DNA from: a virus
Taxonomy: Duplodnaviria; Caudoviricetes
Length of the DNA: 64,000 bases
Direction: 5' to 3' (one strand)
Virus record (IMG/VR): IMGVR_UViG_3300035208_002804
Span: 64,001-128,000 of that record
The position numbers and the translations under genes were made by a program. Under the pieces are notes generated by a model. The model did no database searches. It had not been told where the DNA came from and was given only the letters and a program-made list of their open reading frames with translations. Positions 63,692 through 64,000 of the stretch are shown here, piece after piece; the stretch's first letter is position 1, and each line of letters begins with the position of its first letter.

Positions 63692-63943
63692 ATGAATGAA
63701 TGTAGCAATGAACGGGAAAACCAAAAAATCATCATAAGCGGGTATCATAAAGATCATAATCAATTTTTCGATGATAGCATCTTTCTTGACATTGAATTTC
63801 CAGTATGCCCATGTATTGGTGATAAAATAACTCTCGATAATGTTAATGGTAAATGTTCATATCGGGTTGTTGATCGTGAGTTTAACTTGTATGGCGTTGA
63901 CAACTTGTATGAATATACAATTCTAATTTTAGATGATGCATAA
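63692..63943 (+). CDS. Hypothetical protein
   Basis: PCIGDKI...YRVVDREF; GAGG RBS. Confidence 0.6.
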   Translation: MNECSNERENQKIIISGYHKDHNQFFDDSIFLDIEFPVCPCIGDKITLDNVNGKCSYRVVDREFNLYGVDNLYEYTILILDDA

Positions 63944-64000
63944 AGATGGTGATAGGATAATGGTGACAAGATGACATTAAACAATTCAATTCCCCGCACA

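Noticed and set aside
1-64000. Alternative genetic code or stop-codon reassignment
   Set aside because: Long genes are intact under the standard code, and TAA, TAG and TGA all terminate well-supported genes.

Overview
This window is most likely part of a large, AT-rich tailed dsDNA virus (Caudoviricetes, siphovirus-like) of an archaeon, probably a methanogen. The host call is an inference from TATA-box promoters, GGTGA/GGAGG ribosome-binding sites, near-leaderless genes and PKD/DUF2341/LamG adhesins. Positions ~250-39,800 hold a minus-strand morphogenesis module: terminases, portal, protease/scaffold, capsid, neck, two paralogous tail tube genes, a tail chaperone with a +1 frameshift, a 2294-aa tape measure protein carrying a GNAT domain, baseplate and about 10 adhesin/fibre genes. 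One fibre ends in a DGR-type variable region. Positions ~40,000-64,000 hold small accessory genes (RNase H, SPFH, acidic proteins, Zn fingers, RuvB-like ATPase) and long repeat-rich non-coding regions. The most striking unexplained signal is a family of six dispersed, individually promoted, structured non-coding RNA candidates that share a G-U-rich, covarying long stem and a UUGUUA(UGAG) motif. Also notable are three fixed-geometry 90-bp inverted-repeat units (candidate replication origin), a GTGATATCAC operator/iteron array, another large structured RNA and a virus-specific late-promoter motif. No tRNA, rRNA, CRISPR array, integrase or reverse transcriptase was seen. All protein calls are by motif recognition and gene order, not database searches.
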